Shown here piece by piece: positions 8,729 through 18,353 of a stretch of 64,000 nucleotides of DNA. Under the pieces are notes generated by a model. That model did no database searches. It was not told the origin of the DNA and saw only the letters and a list, made by a program, of their open reading frames with translations. The translations under genes were made by a program, and so were the position numbers. Source of the stretch: Oscillospiraceae bacterium (lineage in GTDB: Bacteria; Bacillota; Clostridia; Oscillospirales; CAG-382); assembly GCA_015064895.1 (NCBI GenBank), contig SVRI01000001.1, positions 1,619 through 65,618 of the forward strand, in the 5' to 3' direction. Every line of letters starts with the position of its first letter. Position 1 is the stretch's first letter.

Positions 8729-9745
8729 ATGAAATATTTACTTACAGGCGGTGCCGGCTATATCGGCAGCCATACCACGGTTGAGCTTTTAAACAGAGGC
8801 CATGAGGTTATCATTGCCGACAATTTTGATAATTCCAAACCCGAAGTAATCAACAGGGTTGAAAAAATCACAGGCAAGCGTCCCAAGGTTTACACGGTTG
8901 ACGTTTGCGACAAGGAAGCTTTGAGAGTTGTTTTTGAAGAAAACAAGATAGATGCGGTTGTTCACTTTGCAGGTCTTAAGGCTGTAGGTGAATCTGTAAG
9001 AATCCCCTTAAGATACTACAGAAACAACCTTGAATCCACATTCTCCCTTGTAGAAGTTATGAAGGAATTCGGTGTTACAAAGCTGGTATTCTCTTCTTCC
9101 GCCACGGTTTACGGTATTCCCGAAACAGTACCGCTTGTTGAAACAATGAGAAAAACAGGCTGTACAAACCCCTACGGCTGGACAAAGTACATGATTGAAC
9201 AGATTCTTATGGACGTTTGCGTTGCCGACCCCGAATTTACATGTGTTCTTCTCAGATACTTCAACCCCATCGGTGCACATGACAGCGGACTTATCGGTGA
9301 AGACCCCCAGGGCATTCCCAACAATCTTATGCCTTATATTTCTCAGGTTGCTGTCGGCAAGCTTGAAAAGCTGTCTGTTCACGGTGACGACTATGACACA
9401 CATGACGGAACGGGCGTAAGAGACTACATCCACGTAGTTGACCTTGCACTCGGTCACGTTGCGGCTCTCCAGTATGCTGAAAAGTTCAAGGGCAGTGATG
9501 TAATCAACCTCGGTACAGGTACAGGCTACAGCGTTCTTGATATGGTTAAGGCATTTGAAAAGGTAAACAATGTTAAGGTTCCTTATGTAATTGGTCCCAG
9601 ACGTGAAGGCGACGTTGCTTCCTGCTATGCTGACCCCAAGAAGGCAAAGGAAGTTCTCGGCTGGTCTGCCACAAAGAATCTCGACGACATGGTAAGAGAC
9701 GCATGGCGTTGGCAGTCGGGCAATCCCAAGGGCTACGATGCGTAA
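8729..9745 (+). CDS. galE: UDP-glucose 4-epimerase
   Basis: The translation contains MKYLLTGGAGYIGSHTTVELL, the SSSATVYG motif and the YGWTK catalytic motif. GAAGGAG lies upstream of ATG 8729. Confidence 0.93.
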   Translation: MKYLLTGGAGYIGSHTTVELLNRGHEVIIADNFDNSKPEVINRVEKITGKRPKVYTVDVCDKEALRVVFEENKIDAVVHFAGLKAVGESVRIPLRYYRNNLESTFSLVEVMKEFGVTKLVFSSSATVYGIPETVPLVETMRKTGCTNPYGWTKYMIEQILMDVCVADPEFTCVLLRYFNPIGAHDSGLIGEDPQGIPNNLMPYISQVAVGKLEKLSVHGDDYDTHDGTGVRDYIHVVDLALGHVAALQYAEKFKGSDVINLGTGTGYSVLDMVKAFEKVNNVKVPYVIGPRREGDVASCYADPKKAKEVLGWSATKNLDDMVRDAWRWQSGNPKGYDA

Positions 9746-9763
9746 GCTTTTGCAGGTGATTGA

Positions 9764-10663
9764 ATGAGTAGTCACAGTATAAAGAATTTCTTTTACCGTA
9801 TGCTGTGCGGTGCATTTCTCGGTATAAGCGTAATTGCTCCCGGGATAAGCGGCAGTATTATGGCGGTAATGATGGGAATGTATGACGATTTGATTACCGT
9901 CATATCAAACCCCTTTAAGAATTTCAAAAAGAACGTTATCTTTCTTTTGCCGATGGGGCTTGGTGCTGTTATCAGCATGCTTGCTCTTATAAAGGCACTC
10001 GACTTTTTGTTTGCTAATTTCACTGTTCCTGCATATCTTCTCTTTATGAGCTTGATTCTCGGAAGTGTGCCGACGGTTATAGAGGAAGCAAAAAAGGACA
10101 CAATCAAAAAGAAGTATTTTATAGGTACGGCAATTGCCTTTGCATTTGCACTTACCATAGGTCTTCTTGCAAAATTCGGAACGGTAATACCCATTGATAC
10201 AACAAATACTCTCAGTACATCCATGAGAATATATATTCCCATATGCTGTTTTGTTGCGGGAATGATGAGCATGCTTCCCGGTATGAGCATATCAATGCTG
10301 CTTATGATGTTCAGCATATACGAGCCGCTTCTTGCGCTTGTAAACGATTTGCTTCCCGGCGGTTCATATGGAATGTTCTCATCGGGCTGGTATTCGGCAT
10401 TTCTTACGGCGGCAAGTGCGGCGGTGGCATTTGTTGTGGGCATGGTGCTTTTCTCAAATCTCACAAAGAGGGTGCTTGACAAGCATCACAGTTTGGGATT
10501 TCTCATGGTGCTCGGATTTATGTTCGGCTCTATGATAAGCATTTTCCCGGGACTGCCGAGCGGTGCTCTCAATTGGGTGCTCAGTATAATTGCCGTGGCA
10601 GTTGGTGTGTCGATATCGGTGCTGTTTAAATATCTTGGCAAGAAGTTTAATGTGAAGGATTAA
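9764..10663 (+). CDS. DUF368-family polytopic membrane protein (PopT-like candidate undecaprenyl-phosphate translocase)
   Basis: The protein is highly hydrophobic and carries the motif APGISGSIMAVMMGMYD near the N-terminus, typical of DUF368. The functional name follows published work on DUF368 and is not shown by this sequence. Confidence 0.7.
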   Translation: MSSHSIKNFFYRMLCGAFLGISVIAPGISGSIMAVMMGMYDDLITVISNPFKNFKKNVIFLLPMGLGAVISMLALIKALDFLFANFTVPAYLLFMSLILGSVPTVIEEAKKDTIKKKYFIGTAIAFAFALTIGLLAKFGTVIPIDTTNTLSTSMRIYIPICCFVAGMMSMLPGMSISMLLMMFSIYEPLLALVNDLLPGGSYGMFSSGWYSAFLTAASAAVAFVVGMVLFSNLTKRVLDKHHSLGFLMVLGFMFGSMISIFPGLPSGALNWVLSIIAVAVGVSISVLFKYLGKKFNVKD

Positions 10664-10672
10664 ATACATATT

Positions 10673-10702
10673 AAAACGGGCGGATTTATCCGCCCGTTTT
10701 GT
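10673..10702. terminator. bidirectional rho-independent terminator between convergent genes
   Basis: AAAACGGGCGG-ATTTAT-CCGCCCGTTTT has an A-tract on one side and a T-tract on the other. Confidence 0.8.
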
Positions 10703-10717
10703 ATTTGTCTACATTTT

Positions 10718-11509
10718 TTACAACAATCTATAGCCTTCGGGGACAGTTATACCAAATTTTTCATCGAGCATTTTTCTTGCCTCGTCTTGGCTTTCGATTA
10801 TACTTTCTTCGACACATTTTCCCATTTTGTATACCTTGTACTCGTTGTCAACGATGTTGAGATTGGAATCGTCAGTATATATCGCGATTTTCATAATCTT
10901 GTTGAAGGGTGAATCGGGGTGCTTTTCGCAGTAGAAGGATGGCATAACGAAGTCATCATCAATCTGCACTTCTTCGGTAAATGCGTATAAAGGTTTCCAC
11001 TCTTTGTCGGGAAGCTTCTGATACAGCACGTGACCGTAGAAGTCGTCCCATTCAAATCGGTACTGACCTACGCCGTCTGTCTGCACAAGGCCCTCTGTAA
11101 GCTCTAAGGGTATTCTGCTTGTTTCGGCTCTCATACCTACATCGCAAAGGTATCTTTTGCCGTCAAGTGTGACAATCAAAATTCTGTGACGGCGCATTTG
11201 GATAACATTCGGTTCATTCATGAATCTGCCTGCGTACTGCACAACATCATAACCGAGGGATTTAAGAAGATAGTAAAGAAGTCCTTGTGTTTCAAAGCAG
11301 TATCCGCCTCTGTTTCCGAGGATTATTTTGTTAAATAAATCCTGCTTATCAAGGGACAACGGTACGCCGTTCATCTGGTCGAGGGTTTCATAGGGAATGT
11401 TGTAAAGGTGTCCCTTTTGGAGTAAAGTCAGATTTTCGAGGCTCTTTTCGGCTGTGCCTGTGTATTTTATTCTTTGGAAATACCTTTTGATTTGTTCTTT
11501 TGAGTACAT
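10718..11509 (-). CDS. arylamine N-acetyltransferase family protein
   Basis: The translation carries the active-site motif RGGYCFETQGLLYYLL and the N-terminal YFQRIKY...LENLTLLQKGHL pattern of the NAT family. Confidence 0.8.
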   Translation of the reverse strand: MYSKEQIKRYFQRIKYTGTAEKSLENLTLLQKGHLYNIPYETLDQMNGVPLSLDKQDLFNKIILGNRGGYCFETQGLLYYLLKSLGYDVVQYAGRFMNEPNVIQMRRHRILIVTLDGKRYLCDVGMRAETSRIPLELTEGLVQTDGVGQYRFEWDDFYGHVLYQKLPDKEWKPLYAFTEEVQIDDDFVMPSFYCEKHPDSPFNKIMKIAIYTDDSNLNIVDNEYKVYKMGKCVEESIIESQDEARKMLDEKFGITVPEGYRLL

Positions 11510-11518
11510 ATATGTCTC

Positions 11519-13150
11519 CTAATTCTCCCAGCTCATTACATATCTTGCCCCGTCGTATTCCTTCATCCAGTCAAACTCTTTTACTGTTTTTCCGTCGGGT
11601 GACACGAATTTTTCGGGCAGAGATACTCTGTCAAAATCGGATATACCGTAAAATTCGGTATTTGCATCTGCAAGGCGGTAAATGTCGTTGATTCTTGCCA
11701 TCTGCTTTTCATTGAGGGTGCCTGGTTTTACCGAAGCAAGAGTTGTAACACCCGTAAGAGCACACATTTCAAGGAAGTCGAGATTAATGTCTGCATTGAC
11801 TCTTTCTGTAAAAGTAGCACAGTCGGGGTCTAACATATAGAAGTTTTGGTTCTGAGGAAGTCTCATCATGCAGTTTATGCAGTTGTCGAGATGTAATTGC
11901 CAGTATCTTCCGCTTCCGTCACCGCCTGCTCTGTAAATGGAGTGTATGCCGGCAGTAAGATGGCTGAGGGTGTTACAGCCGATAACTTCGGTATCGCCGG
12001 CGGCGTTCTGTATGGTCTTGTATAAGTCTTTTATGATAGTCGCAGTTGTTCTTGTGTTATCGTGGAACACCCTGCCTCCGCCAAGTGCGCCGTTATAGAA
12101 GAGCAAATATGAGCTGTCAAGACCCGTCAGGTCATTGGTGGTGAAATCGTGCTTGATAAGGTCAAAGCCCCAGTCGCGGATGCGTTTTGTGTCGTTATAT
12201 ACTCTTTCAAGCACATGAGGGTGAGACGGGTCAAGAACGATTTTGCAGGATTCCTTGAAAAACACTTCGTCCGTTGGGATATCTCCGATTGTATAGAGCG
12301 GTCTGTACCATATGCCGGGTTTTGCACCTGCCTTCAATATGTCCTCGGCAGTATCTCTCATGTCTCCGAACTTGTCATTTCCGTACCAAGGGCCGCCGTT
12401 ATAAGTAGCACCCGGAACAAAACTGCGGTTTATTTGCCAGCCGTCATCGAGAATCATGTAGGGCTTGTGCTTTGTACCGCTTGTCATCTCCATAAGAAGT
12501 GAGGTTTCGGTCTTTACCGAATCTCTTGAAATTCTGCCGTATGCCCAGTACCAGTTGTTTACACCGAACACAGGGGTTTTGGGCATTACGGGATTGTCGC
12601 ACATCATTTTCGCAAACTTTCTTGCGGCAAGATATGAATCTTCGCCTTCCTGTGGGAAGTATTCCACAACCTCGCAAGCTAGCAAAGGTTCTTTTAAGTC
12701 TGTTCCTCGGTTGCCGTTGAGAAGGCTGAGAACAAGAGTTACCCCCTTGCTGTCTGCCATCCATAAAGCAAGACAGTCGGGACCTGTTTTTACGCCGTAG
12801 AAAGCACATCTGTTATCACCGTAAAGGCAGGTGTACCACGGCATGACACGTCTCGGAGTCATGGACTTCCATTCAAAGGGAATCTGTGATGTGTGACAGC
12901 TTCTTTCCCAGTGGTCGCCGAGTGCCTTTTCCACAAAGTAGTGGTCGCCTCTGAAACGGAGCTTTAGATACTTTACGGGTGACCCACTCGGATATACTAT
13001 TACCTTTGCACTTTTTTCTCCAACAACATACTCATATTTTACGGGTGACTCGCACTCGTTTTCTCTTTCTTCAAATCTGAAAGGACTTTCGTCTGTTGCA
13101 CCGAGAACACGGTCGGGTGTTCTCAGAACGCTTGTAAATTCTTTCGCCAT
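11519..13150 (-). CDS. alpha-galactosidase-like glycoside hydrolase (clan GH-D, GH36/GH27-like)
   Basis: The motifs KPYMILDDGWQ, LDPSHPHVLE and WGFDLIKHDF resemble the melibiase catalytic core. The family assignment is by motif only. Confidence 0.6.
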   Translation of the reverse strand: MAKEFTSVLRTPDRVLGATDESPFRFEERENECESPVKYEYVVGEKSAKVIVYPSGSPVKYLKLRFRGDHYFVEKALGDHWERSCHTSQIPFEWKSMTPRRVMPWYTCLYGDNRCAFYGVKTGPDCLALWMADSKGVTLVLSLLNGNRGTDLKEPLLACEVVEYFPQEGEDSYLAARKFAKMMCDNPVMPKTPVFGVNNWYWAYGRISRDSVKTETSLLMEMTSGTKHKPYMILDDGWQINRSFVPGATYNGGPWYGNDKFGDMRDTAEDILKAGAKPGIWYRPLYTIGDIPTDEVFFKESCKIVLDPSHPHVLERVYNDTKRIRDWGFDLIKHDFTTNDLTGLDSSYLLFYNGALGGGRVFHDNTRTTATIIKDLYKTIQNAAGDTEVIGCNTLSHLTAGIHSIYRAGGDGSGRYWQLHLDNCINCMMRLPQNQNFYMLDPDCATFTERVNADINLDFLEMCALTGVTTLASVKPGTLNEKQMARINDIYRLADANTEFYGISDFDRVSLPEKFVSPDGKTVKEFDWMKEYDGARYVMSWEN

Positions 13151-13324
13151 ATCTGCCTCCGAAGTATAGTATCTTTTGGTTTATAATATCATTATCAAAG
13201 CGGTTTTGTAAATGTGATTTTGTGCTTTTCTGTTTTTTGGTGTTGACAAAATGCCATTGACAGAATACAGCCTTTGGTGTTATCTTAATAACAGGGGAAA
13301 CCGAAAGCGTGAAGGAGTGTTTTT

Positions 13325-14263
13325 ATGGCAAGAAAAATTCGTGTAACATCGATATGTGCACCTCATACCGCCTATAACGGAAGTGAAGATTACAAGGCAA
13401 TTGCATATAGCGTTGCGGATTACATAGAAGGACATATAAGAAAGGTTCTTTGCCGCGAAAACGATCTGATTGTGCTGCCTGAGGTCTATGACAGACCCGG
13501 CGGAATACCGAGGGACAGAGCAAAGCTTTACTATGCCGAGAGAGGAAATATCGTACTTGACAGGATAAAAAGCCTTGCAAAAGAGAACAAAGTAAACATT
13601 GTTTTCAGTGCTATCATGGACGGCGGCGACGGTCACATGAGAAACCGTCAGGTGTTCATAAACAGGAAAGGCGAAGAAGACGGAGTATACGACAAAAATC
13701 ATCTTGTTTGGGAAGAACATACCGAGTCGGATGTCTCCTTTGGCGAAAGTGCATCTCTTATAAATATGGACTTCGGCAAAGTAGGCGGAGTAATCTGCTA
13801 TGACTTGAATTTTGACGAGCTTCGTGAGCAGTATGTGAAGCTCAGACCCGAGCTTCTTGTGTTTTCCTCCATGTATCACGGCGGATATGTTTCAAGAAAC
13901 TGGGCATACACCTGCAGAAGCTATTTTGTCGGCTGTGTTCAGCAAAGACAGGGGTATATAATAAATCCCCTTGGCGAAGTCATTGCCGAGAGTAATCACT
14001 ACACAGATTATCTTACGGCGGAAATAAATCTCGACTATGTGCTTGCACACATTGACTACAACTGGGCAAAGCTTGAGGCGATGCAGGAAAAGTATGGGCA
14101 TCTAGTGGAAATTGAAGTGCCAAAGGGACTTGGCTGTGTGATGATAACAAGCAATTCAGACAATGTCAGTGCCATGGAGATGGCAAAGGAATTTGACATT
14201 GAACTTCTTGATGATCTGTTTGAGAGGGGAAGAAAGCAGAGAACCGAGTTTTTTGCAAAATAA
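13325..14263 (+). CDS. carbon-nitrogen hydrolase (nitrilase superfamily) protein
   Basis: LIVLPEV (Glu), a central Lys region and VGGVICYDLNF (Cys) match the E-K-C triad pattern. Confidence 0.65.
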   Translation: MARKIRVTSICAPHTAYNGSEDYKAIAYSVADYIEGHIRKVLCRENDLIVLPEVYDRPGGIPRDRAKLYYAERGNIVLDRIKSLAKENKVNIVFSAIMDGGDGHMRNRQVFINRKGEEDGVYDKNHLVWEEHTESDVSFGESASLINMDFGKVGGVICYDLNFDELREQYVKLRPELLVFSSMYHGGYVSRNWAYTCRSYFVGCVQQRQGYIINPLGEVIAESNHYTDYLTAEINLDYVLAHIDYNWAKLEAMQEKYGHLVEIEVPKGLGCVMITSNSDNVSAMEMAKEFDIELLDDLFERGRKQRTEFFAK

Positions 14264-14316
14264 TAAGACATGAGCTGTCACGGAAACCGTGGCGGCTTTA
14301 AATTTTAAAAATATCA

Positions 14317-14345
14317 TTGACTAACCCTGTCCTTTATGATACAAT
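14317..14345 (+). promoter_or_regulatory. sigma-A type promoter candidate for ychF
   Basis: TTGACT (14317-14322), a 17-nt spacer, then TACAAT (14340-14345). Confidence 0.55.
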
Positions 14346-14385
14346 AAATTGAATTAATGCGGTTAAAACAAAGGAGATATAAAAT

Positions 14386-15480
14386 ATGAAACTCGGTATA
14401 GTCGGACTTCCCAACGTCGGCAAGTCCACACTTTTCAATGCAATAACAAACGCAGGCGCAGAAGCGGCAAACTATCCCTTCTGTACAATCGACCCCAACG
14501 TGGGTATTGCACCCGTTCCCGATCCAAGACTTGACGTACTCGCAGAAATGTACAACCCCGAAAAGTACACCCCTGCTGTTATTGAATTTGTTGATATTGC
14601 AGGTCTTGTAAAGGGTGCATCGCAGGGTGAAGGTCTCGGCAACAAGTTCCTTTCCCACATCAGAGAGGTTGACGCCGTTGTTCACGTTGTAAGATGCTTT
14701 GAAAATGACGACATCATCCACGTAAACGGTCACATTGACCCTGCCGATGACGTAAATACAATCAATCTTGAGCTTATCTATTCTGACATAGAAATCGTTG
14801 AAAGAAGAATAGACAGAGCAAAGAAGATTCTCAAGGGCGACAAGTCTGCACAGAAGGAAATCGACCTTCTTGAAAAAATCCTTGCCGTACTCAACGAAGG
14901 CAAGAAGGCAAGTAGCCTAGAATATTCCGATGACGAGCTTGAAATGCTTAAAGAAGTGCCTCTTCTTTCAATGAAGCCCGTTATTTATGTAGCCAACATC
15001 AACGAAGACGAGCTTGGCACAGACCTCACAAAGAATCCTCACTACATGGCACTTAAAGCAATCGCAGACGAAGAAAACTCCGGCATCATCAGCATTTGTG
15101 CAGGTATTGAAGCAGAAATTTCCGAGCTTGAACCCGAAGAAAAGAAGGAATTTTTAGCCGACCTCGGCATCGAAAAGAGCGGTCTTGACACTCTTGTTAC
15201 CGCAGGCTACGAGCTTCTCGGTCTTATAAGCTACCTCACAGCAGGCCCTCAGGAAGTTCGTGCATGGACTATTACCCGTGGTACAAAAGCTCCCCAGGCG
15301 GCAGGCAAGATTCACTCCGACTTTGAAAGAGGTTTTATCAGAGCAGAAATCGTTTCCTTTGACAATCTTGTTGAATGCGGTTCTGTTGCGGCGGCAAAGG
15401 ACAAGGGTCTCATGCGTTCTGAAGGCAAGGAATACGTAATTCAGGACGGCGATGTTGTTTTGTTTAGATTCAATGTATGA
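14386..15480 (+). CDS. ychF: redox-regulated ribosome-binding ATPase YchF
   Basis: The translation begins [21 protein letters not shown]...[11 protein letters not shown] and ends ...[11 protein letters not shown]. Confidence 0.95.
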   Translation: MKLGIVGLPNVGKSTLFNAITNAGAEAANYPFCTIDPNVGIAPVPDPRLDVLAEMYNPEKYTPAVIEFVDIAGLVKGASQGEGLGNKFLSHIREVDAVVHVVRCFENDDIIHVNGHIDPADDVNTINLELIYSDIEIVERRIDRAKKILKGDKSAQKEIDLLEKILAVLNEGKKASSLEYSDDELEMLKEVPLLSMKPVIYVANINEDELGTDLTKNPHYMALKAIADEENSGIISICAGIEAEISELEPEEKKEFLADLGIEKSGLDTLVTAGYELLGLISYLTAGPQEVRAWTITRGTKAPQAAGKIHSDFERGFIRAEIVSFDNLVECGSVAAAKDKGLMRSEGKEYVIQDGDVVLFRFNV

Positions 15481-15750
15481 TTGTTTGTACTTTTTCTTTT
15501 GAAAAAGAAAAAGGTACCAAAAAGAAAACGGCTCGAGACCATATTTCGAGATTTTGACGGAATATCAGATGCCCGAATGAAGCACCGTTTGACTGCCATA
15601 AACGCAAGCGGTCAAACTCAAAGCAATCTCCGGTTACATCGCAAGAAACGGCGTCATCGACGTCACATTCTGACAAATTCAACACAAAAAACCATAATCT
15701 TCCGAGATATAACCATTCCCCGATGTCCGGCTTCGACATCGGGGATTTTG
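15481..15750 (+). repeat. mosaic intergenic repeat, locus B (H-S-G-T2)
   Basis: H is GTACTTTTTCTTTT/AAAAGAAAAAGGTAC and starts 6 nt after the ychF stop. G is TTTGACTGC-N11-GCGGTCAAA at 15588-15616. T2 is TTCCCCGATGTCCGGCTTCGACATCGGGGAT at 15716-15746, followed by TTTG. Confidence 0.8.
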
Positions 15751-15804
15751 TGCTCTCCTTACCTAAAGTAGAGGGGATCACCTCAAGGTGGTGGGATGAT
15801 AATT

Positions 15805-15846
15805 GAAGAAAACACACCCGATTTCGATCAGGTGTGTTTTAATTTT
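15805..15846. terminator. bidirectional terminator hairpin at the 3' end of the XRE gene
   Basis: AACACACC-N12-GGTGTGTT is followed by TTAATTTT on the plus strand and by TTCTTC on the minus strand. Confidence 0.6.
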
Positions 15847-16039
15847 CTCTGCCTACAAGGTAATCAAGTGTTACCTTATAAAAATCTGCAAGCTTTATTG
15901 CCGCCCACAAGGGAATTTCCCGTTCTCCTCTTTCGTATCTCTGATAGACGGTAAGCTGCATATTGAGGAGGGTTGCTATATCCTTTTGTGTCAGGTCTTT
16001 ATCTTCACGCAAGTCACGCACACGCTTGTATAATGACAT
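15839..16039 (-). CDS. XRE-family helix-turn-helix transcriptional regulator
   Basis: The translation is MSLYKRVRDLREDKDLTQKDIATLLNMQLTVYQRYERGEREIPLWAAIKLADFYKVTLDYLVGREN. GGGGAGG lies 5 nt upstream of ATG 16039; the track starts further upstream. Confidence 0.88.
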   Translation of the reverse strand: MSLYKRVRDLREDKDLTQKDIATLLNMQLTVYQRYERGEREIPLWAAIKLADFYKVTLDYLVGREN

Positions 16040-16178
16040 ATTTACCTCCCCTGTATAGTATACCATCATTATACAAAATAACACCATAAGGTGTTGACAA
16101 AAACACCAAACGGTGTTATTATAAGGGTGTCAAAATTATTGCACATGAAAAAAGTGCAGAAAACGGAGGTAGAAACAA

Positions 16179-16934
16179 ATGAAGAAAAAAACAATTTTGA
16201 AGCTCTCATCGGCAGTACTTGTGCTGGCAATTCTCATGGTAGGAGCTGTTGCTTCTTCGTCAAAGAGAACTGAAAACAAGGATTTGTACTACAACGGTAT
16301 CACTATTATGATTGACGGTGCAGAATATGTGGCAAAGGATGCCAACGGCAATGTTGTTGAACCCTTTATCATGGACGGCACAACATATCTTCCCGTAAGA
16401 GGTGTGGCTAATGCCTTTGATAAGGACGTTGAATGGGACGGTAAGACAAGCACCGTTTATATCGGCAAAAAGGATAGAATGGCTCCTGATAATAGGTTGG
16501 ACAAGGTGCAGTACACTAATTATACTGAGAGTGACAGTAGGAATTGGATGGAAGTTGTAAATGGTACTGTGACAGATTATAATAACAACACATATACCAA
16601 TGGCTTGATTAACTATATTGATCAGTGGGCAGGTGGCTATAATCAAATAGATTATCCTCTCAATGGTCAGTATGAACGTTTAACGGGTCAAATTGTGCTT
16701 CCGAAAACTATAACAACCAGTACAAGAAATGAAAAAAATTGCGGAACAAGTGAAACGACTGTTTCCATCGTTAATGAAGAGGGCGATGAATTGTTTTCAG
16801 CAAACGGAATAACCGCATCGATGCCATTTAAATTTGATATTGATGTAGATGGTGTTACGATGATTACTATTAAGGTTAGTACACAAAGGAATAATTCTTA
16901 CGTTGCCCTCACAGACCTTGCACTTTACGAATAA
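16179..16934 (+). CDS. secreted protein with a copper-amine-oxidase N-terminal-like domain and a C-terminal beta-sandwich (NPCBM-like) region
   Basis: There is a signal/anchor sequence MKKKTILKLSSAVLVLAILMVGAVA. The segment ITIMIDGAEYV...PFIMDGTTYLPVRGVANAFDKDVEWDGKTSTVYI matches the Cu_amine_oxidN1 pattern. The C-terminal domain assignment is tentative. Confidence 0.7.
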   Translation: MKKKTILKLSSAVLVLAILMVGAVASSSKRTENKDLYYNGITIMIDGAEYVAKDANGNVVEPFIMDGTTYLPVRGVANAFDKDVEWDGKTSTVYIGKKDRMAPDNRLDKVQYTNYTESDSRNWMEVVNGTVTDYNNNTYTNGLINYIDQWAGGYNQIDYPLNGQYERLTGQIVLPKTITTSTRNEKNCGTSETTVSIVNEEGDELFSANGITASMPFKFDIDVDGVTMITIKVSTQRNNSYVALTDLALYE

Positions 16935-16954
16935 CAAAAAGTTACCATTATCTG

Positions 16955-17128
16955 CCTTCCCCAATCTTTGGGGAAGGTGGCAACCGAAGGTTGACGGATG
17001 AGGTGGAAATAGCAGTTATATACAATTCTTTACCTCCTCAGTCAGCATTCGCTGACAGCTCCCCCATAATGGGGAAGCCTTGAAGATTCTTTTTCTATGA
17101 TATAACCCCATGTCTTCGACATGGGGCT
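16955..17128. repeat. cluster of five to six short G+C-rich hairpins between convergent genes, including a T2-type module
   Basis: The hairpins are CCTTCCCC-N7-GGGGAAGG (16955-16977), CAACC-GAA-GGTTG (16981-16993), GTCAGC-ATTC-GCTGAC (17041-17056), GCTCCCCC-ATAAT-GGGGAAGC (17058-17078) and CCCCATGTC-TTC-GACATGGGG (17106-17126). Confidence 0.6.
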
Positions 17129-17141
17129 TGTTGTATTTATA

Positions 17142-18095
17142 TTATAAAATTCTTATCCTCTCAAACTTTTCCTCCCAATCCCTCGGAAGTATTCCGAGAC
17201 CGAACACATCAACATCTGCGTTTGCAACAAGCCTTTGCAGGTCGCTTTTAAGGGCATTTGAAAAGTGCTTTGGAAGAATCTTTTTAAGAGCATAAAGACG
17301 TGAAAATAGGTCTGTTTTTGACGGCACAAGATAATCTTCGCCAAATTCGGGGATTATCACGCAGGAGTTTTTACCAACAAGCATTAAGTGATGAGCACAG
17401 AAGTTTCTGAGATTTCTCACAGCCTCAAGCCATGTGTCAAACTGCTTTGTTGTTTCCTTGCCGTAGTGCTTACGCGTATATCCGTACTTCAGAACCTCTT
17501 TACGAAGGTCGCCTCTGAGATAGGAGTATATGGGACAAATGTCGCCAAGGTCGATGTAATGGAAGAACACCTCGGCAGGTAATTTGTCATTTGGTCCCTT
17601 GTGCTTGGGTCTCATTTCTTTTATTTCGGGATATCTTGCAGTATCTGTTCGGATTCGTTTTTCGTTGTTTCGTATATCCTTTATAAAGCCTTCAAATAAT
17701 CTTTGATTTCTCTGCTTTGAAACCTTGTCGTTGTTGCTCTTTGTGGGTGTGTAGCTTTCCTCGGAAAGATAGAAACGGCAGTTGTTTTCCTTGTTTGAAA
17801 GACCTACGGTAATATTGGTTTTGAGCTGAATTTCTGCCTTTTTACAGTATGCAAACAGAAGAAGTCTTAGTTTTTCATCAAATTCATAAAGGTCATACAG
17901 CATTTGTTCGGTAGGCTTTTTGCCCACACAGCCGCATTTTGACAAAAGAAACATTCCATAACGGCGAAGCCTGAAAAAGCCTGTGTAGACAAGCCTTCTT
18001 CTTATTGCCGTTTCATCATCGAATGAAACGTATTTTTTCATCAGGATTACCTGCTCATCAAGGTCGAGCGGCAGGGTGATTTTTTGAGGTTTCAT
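17142..18095 (-). CDS. Abi_2 family (AbiD/AbiF-like) abortive-infection protein with a HEPN-type R-x4-H motif
   Basis: The N-terminus KPQKITLPLDLDEQVILMKK...YTGFFRLRRY and the conserved AVRNLRNFCAHH motif are typical of AbiD/AbiF-like proteins. Confidence 0.75.
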   Translation of the reverse strand: MKPQKITLPLDLDEQVILMKKYVSFDDETAIRRRLVYTGFFRLRRYGMFLLSKCGCVGKKPTEQMLYDLYEFDEKLRLLLFAYCKKAEIQLKTNITVGLSNKENNCRFYLSEESYTPTKSNNDKVSKQRNQRLFEGFIKDIRNNEKRIRTDTARYPEIKEMRPKHKGPNDKLPAEVFFHYIDLGDICPIYSYLRGDLRKEVLKYGYTRKHYGKETTKQFDTWLEAVRNLRNFCAHHLMLVGKNSCVIIPEFGEDYLVPSKTDLFSRLYALKKILPKHFSNALKSDLQRLVANADVDVFGLGILPRDWEEKFERIRIL

Positions 18096-18353
18096 GTTTT
18101 AGTCCATTCTCTTGAGTTTCTTGCTGAGTTTGACCGCTTGCCTTAATGGCGGTCAAACGAGAATACACTCGGGCATATAAGCTGCGTTCAAATCCCGAAA
18201 TACAGTCTCGAATTCTTTTCTCTTTGCTTACTTTCTCTTTTTATTAAAGAGAAAGTAAGTGAAAAAAGGGGCTGAATAAGCCCCCTTAATCCCGCCAATG
18301 GAATATTTGGTAACAGGCATAACCCACGCCTTCCTACGGTTGTAATTATTGTA
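18096..18353 (-). repeat. mosaic intergenic repeat, locus C (minus orientation: terminator-H-S-G)
   Basis: Read on the minus strand, the order is GGGGGC-TTATTCA-GCCCC plus TTTTTT (18262-18289), then H ACTTACTTTCTCTTT/AAAGAGAAAGTAAGC (18226-18260), then an A-rich S tract, then G TTTGACCGC-N11-GCGGTCAAA (18129-18157). It is nearly colinear with locus B. Confidence 0.8.

Noticed and set aside
12149-12809. Several 70-120-aa ORFs on both strands within 11519-13150
   Set aside because: They are nested in or antisense to the 543-aa hydrolase gene, with Arg/Cys/Ser-rich junk composition and no SD.
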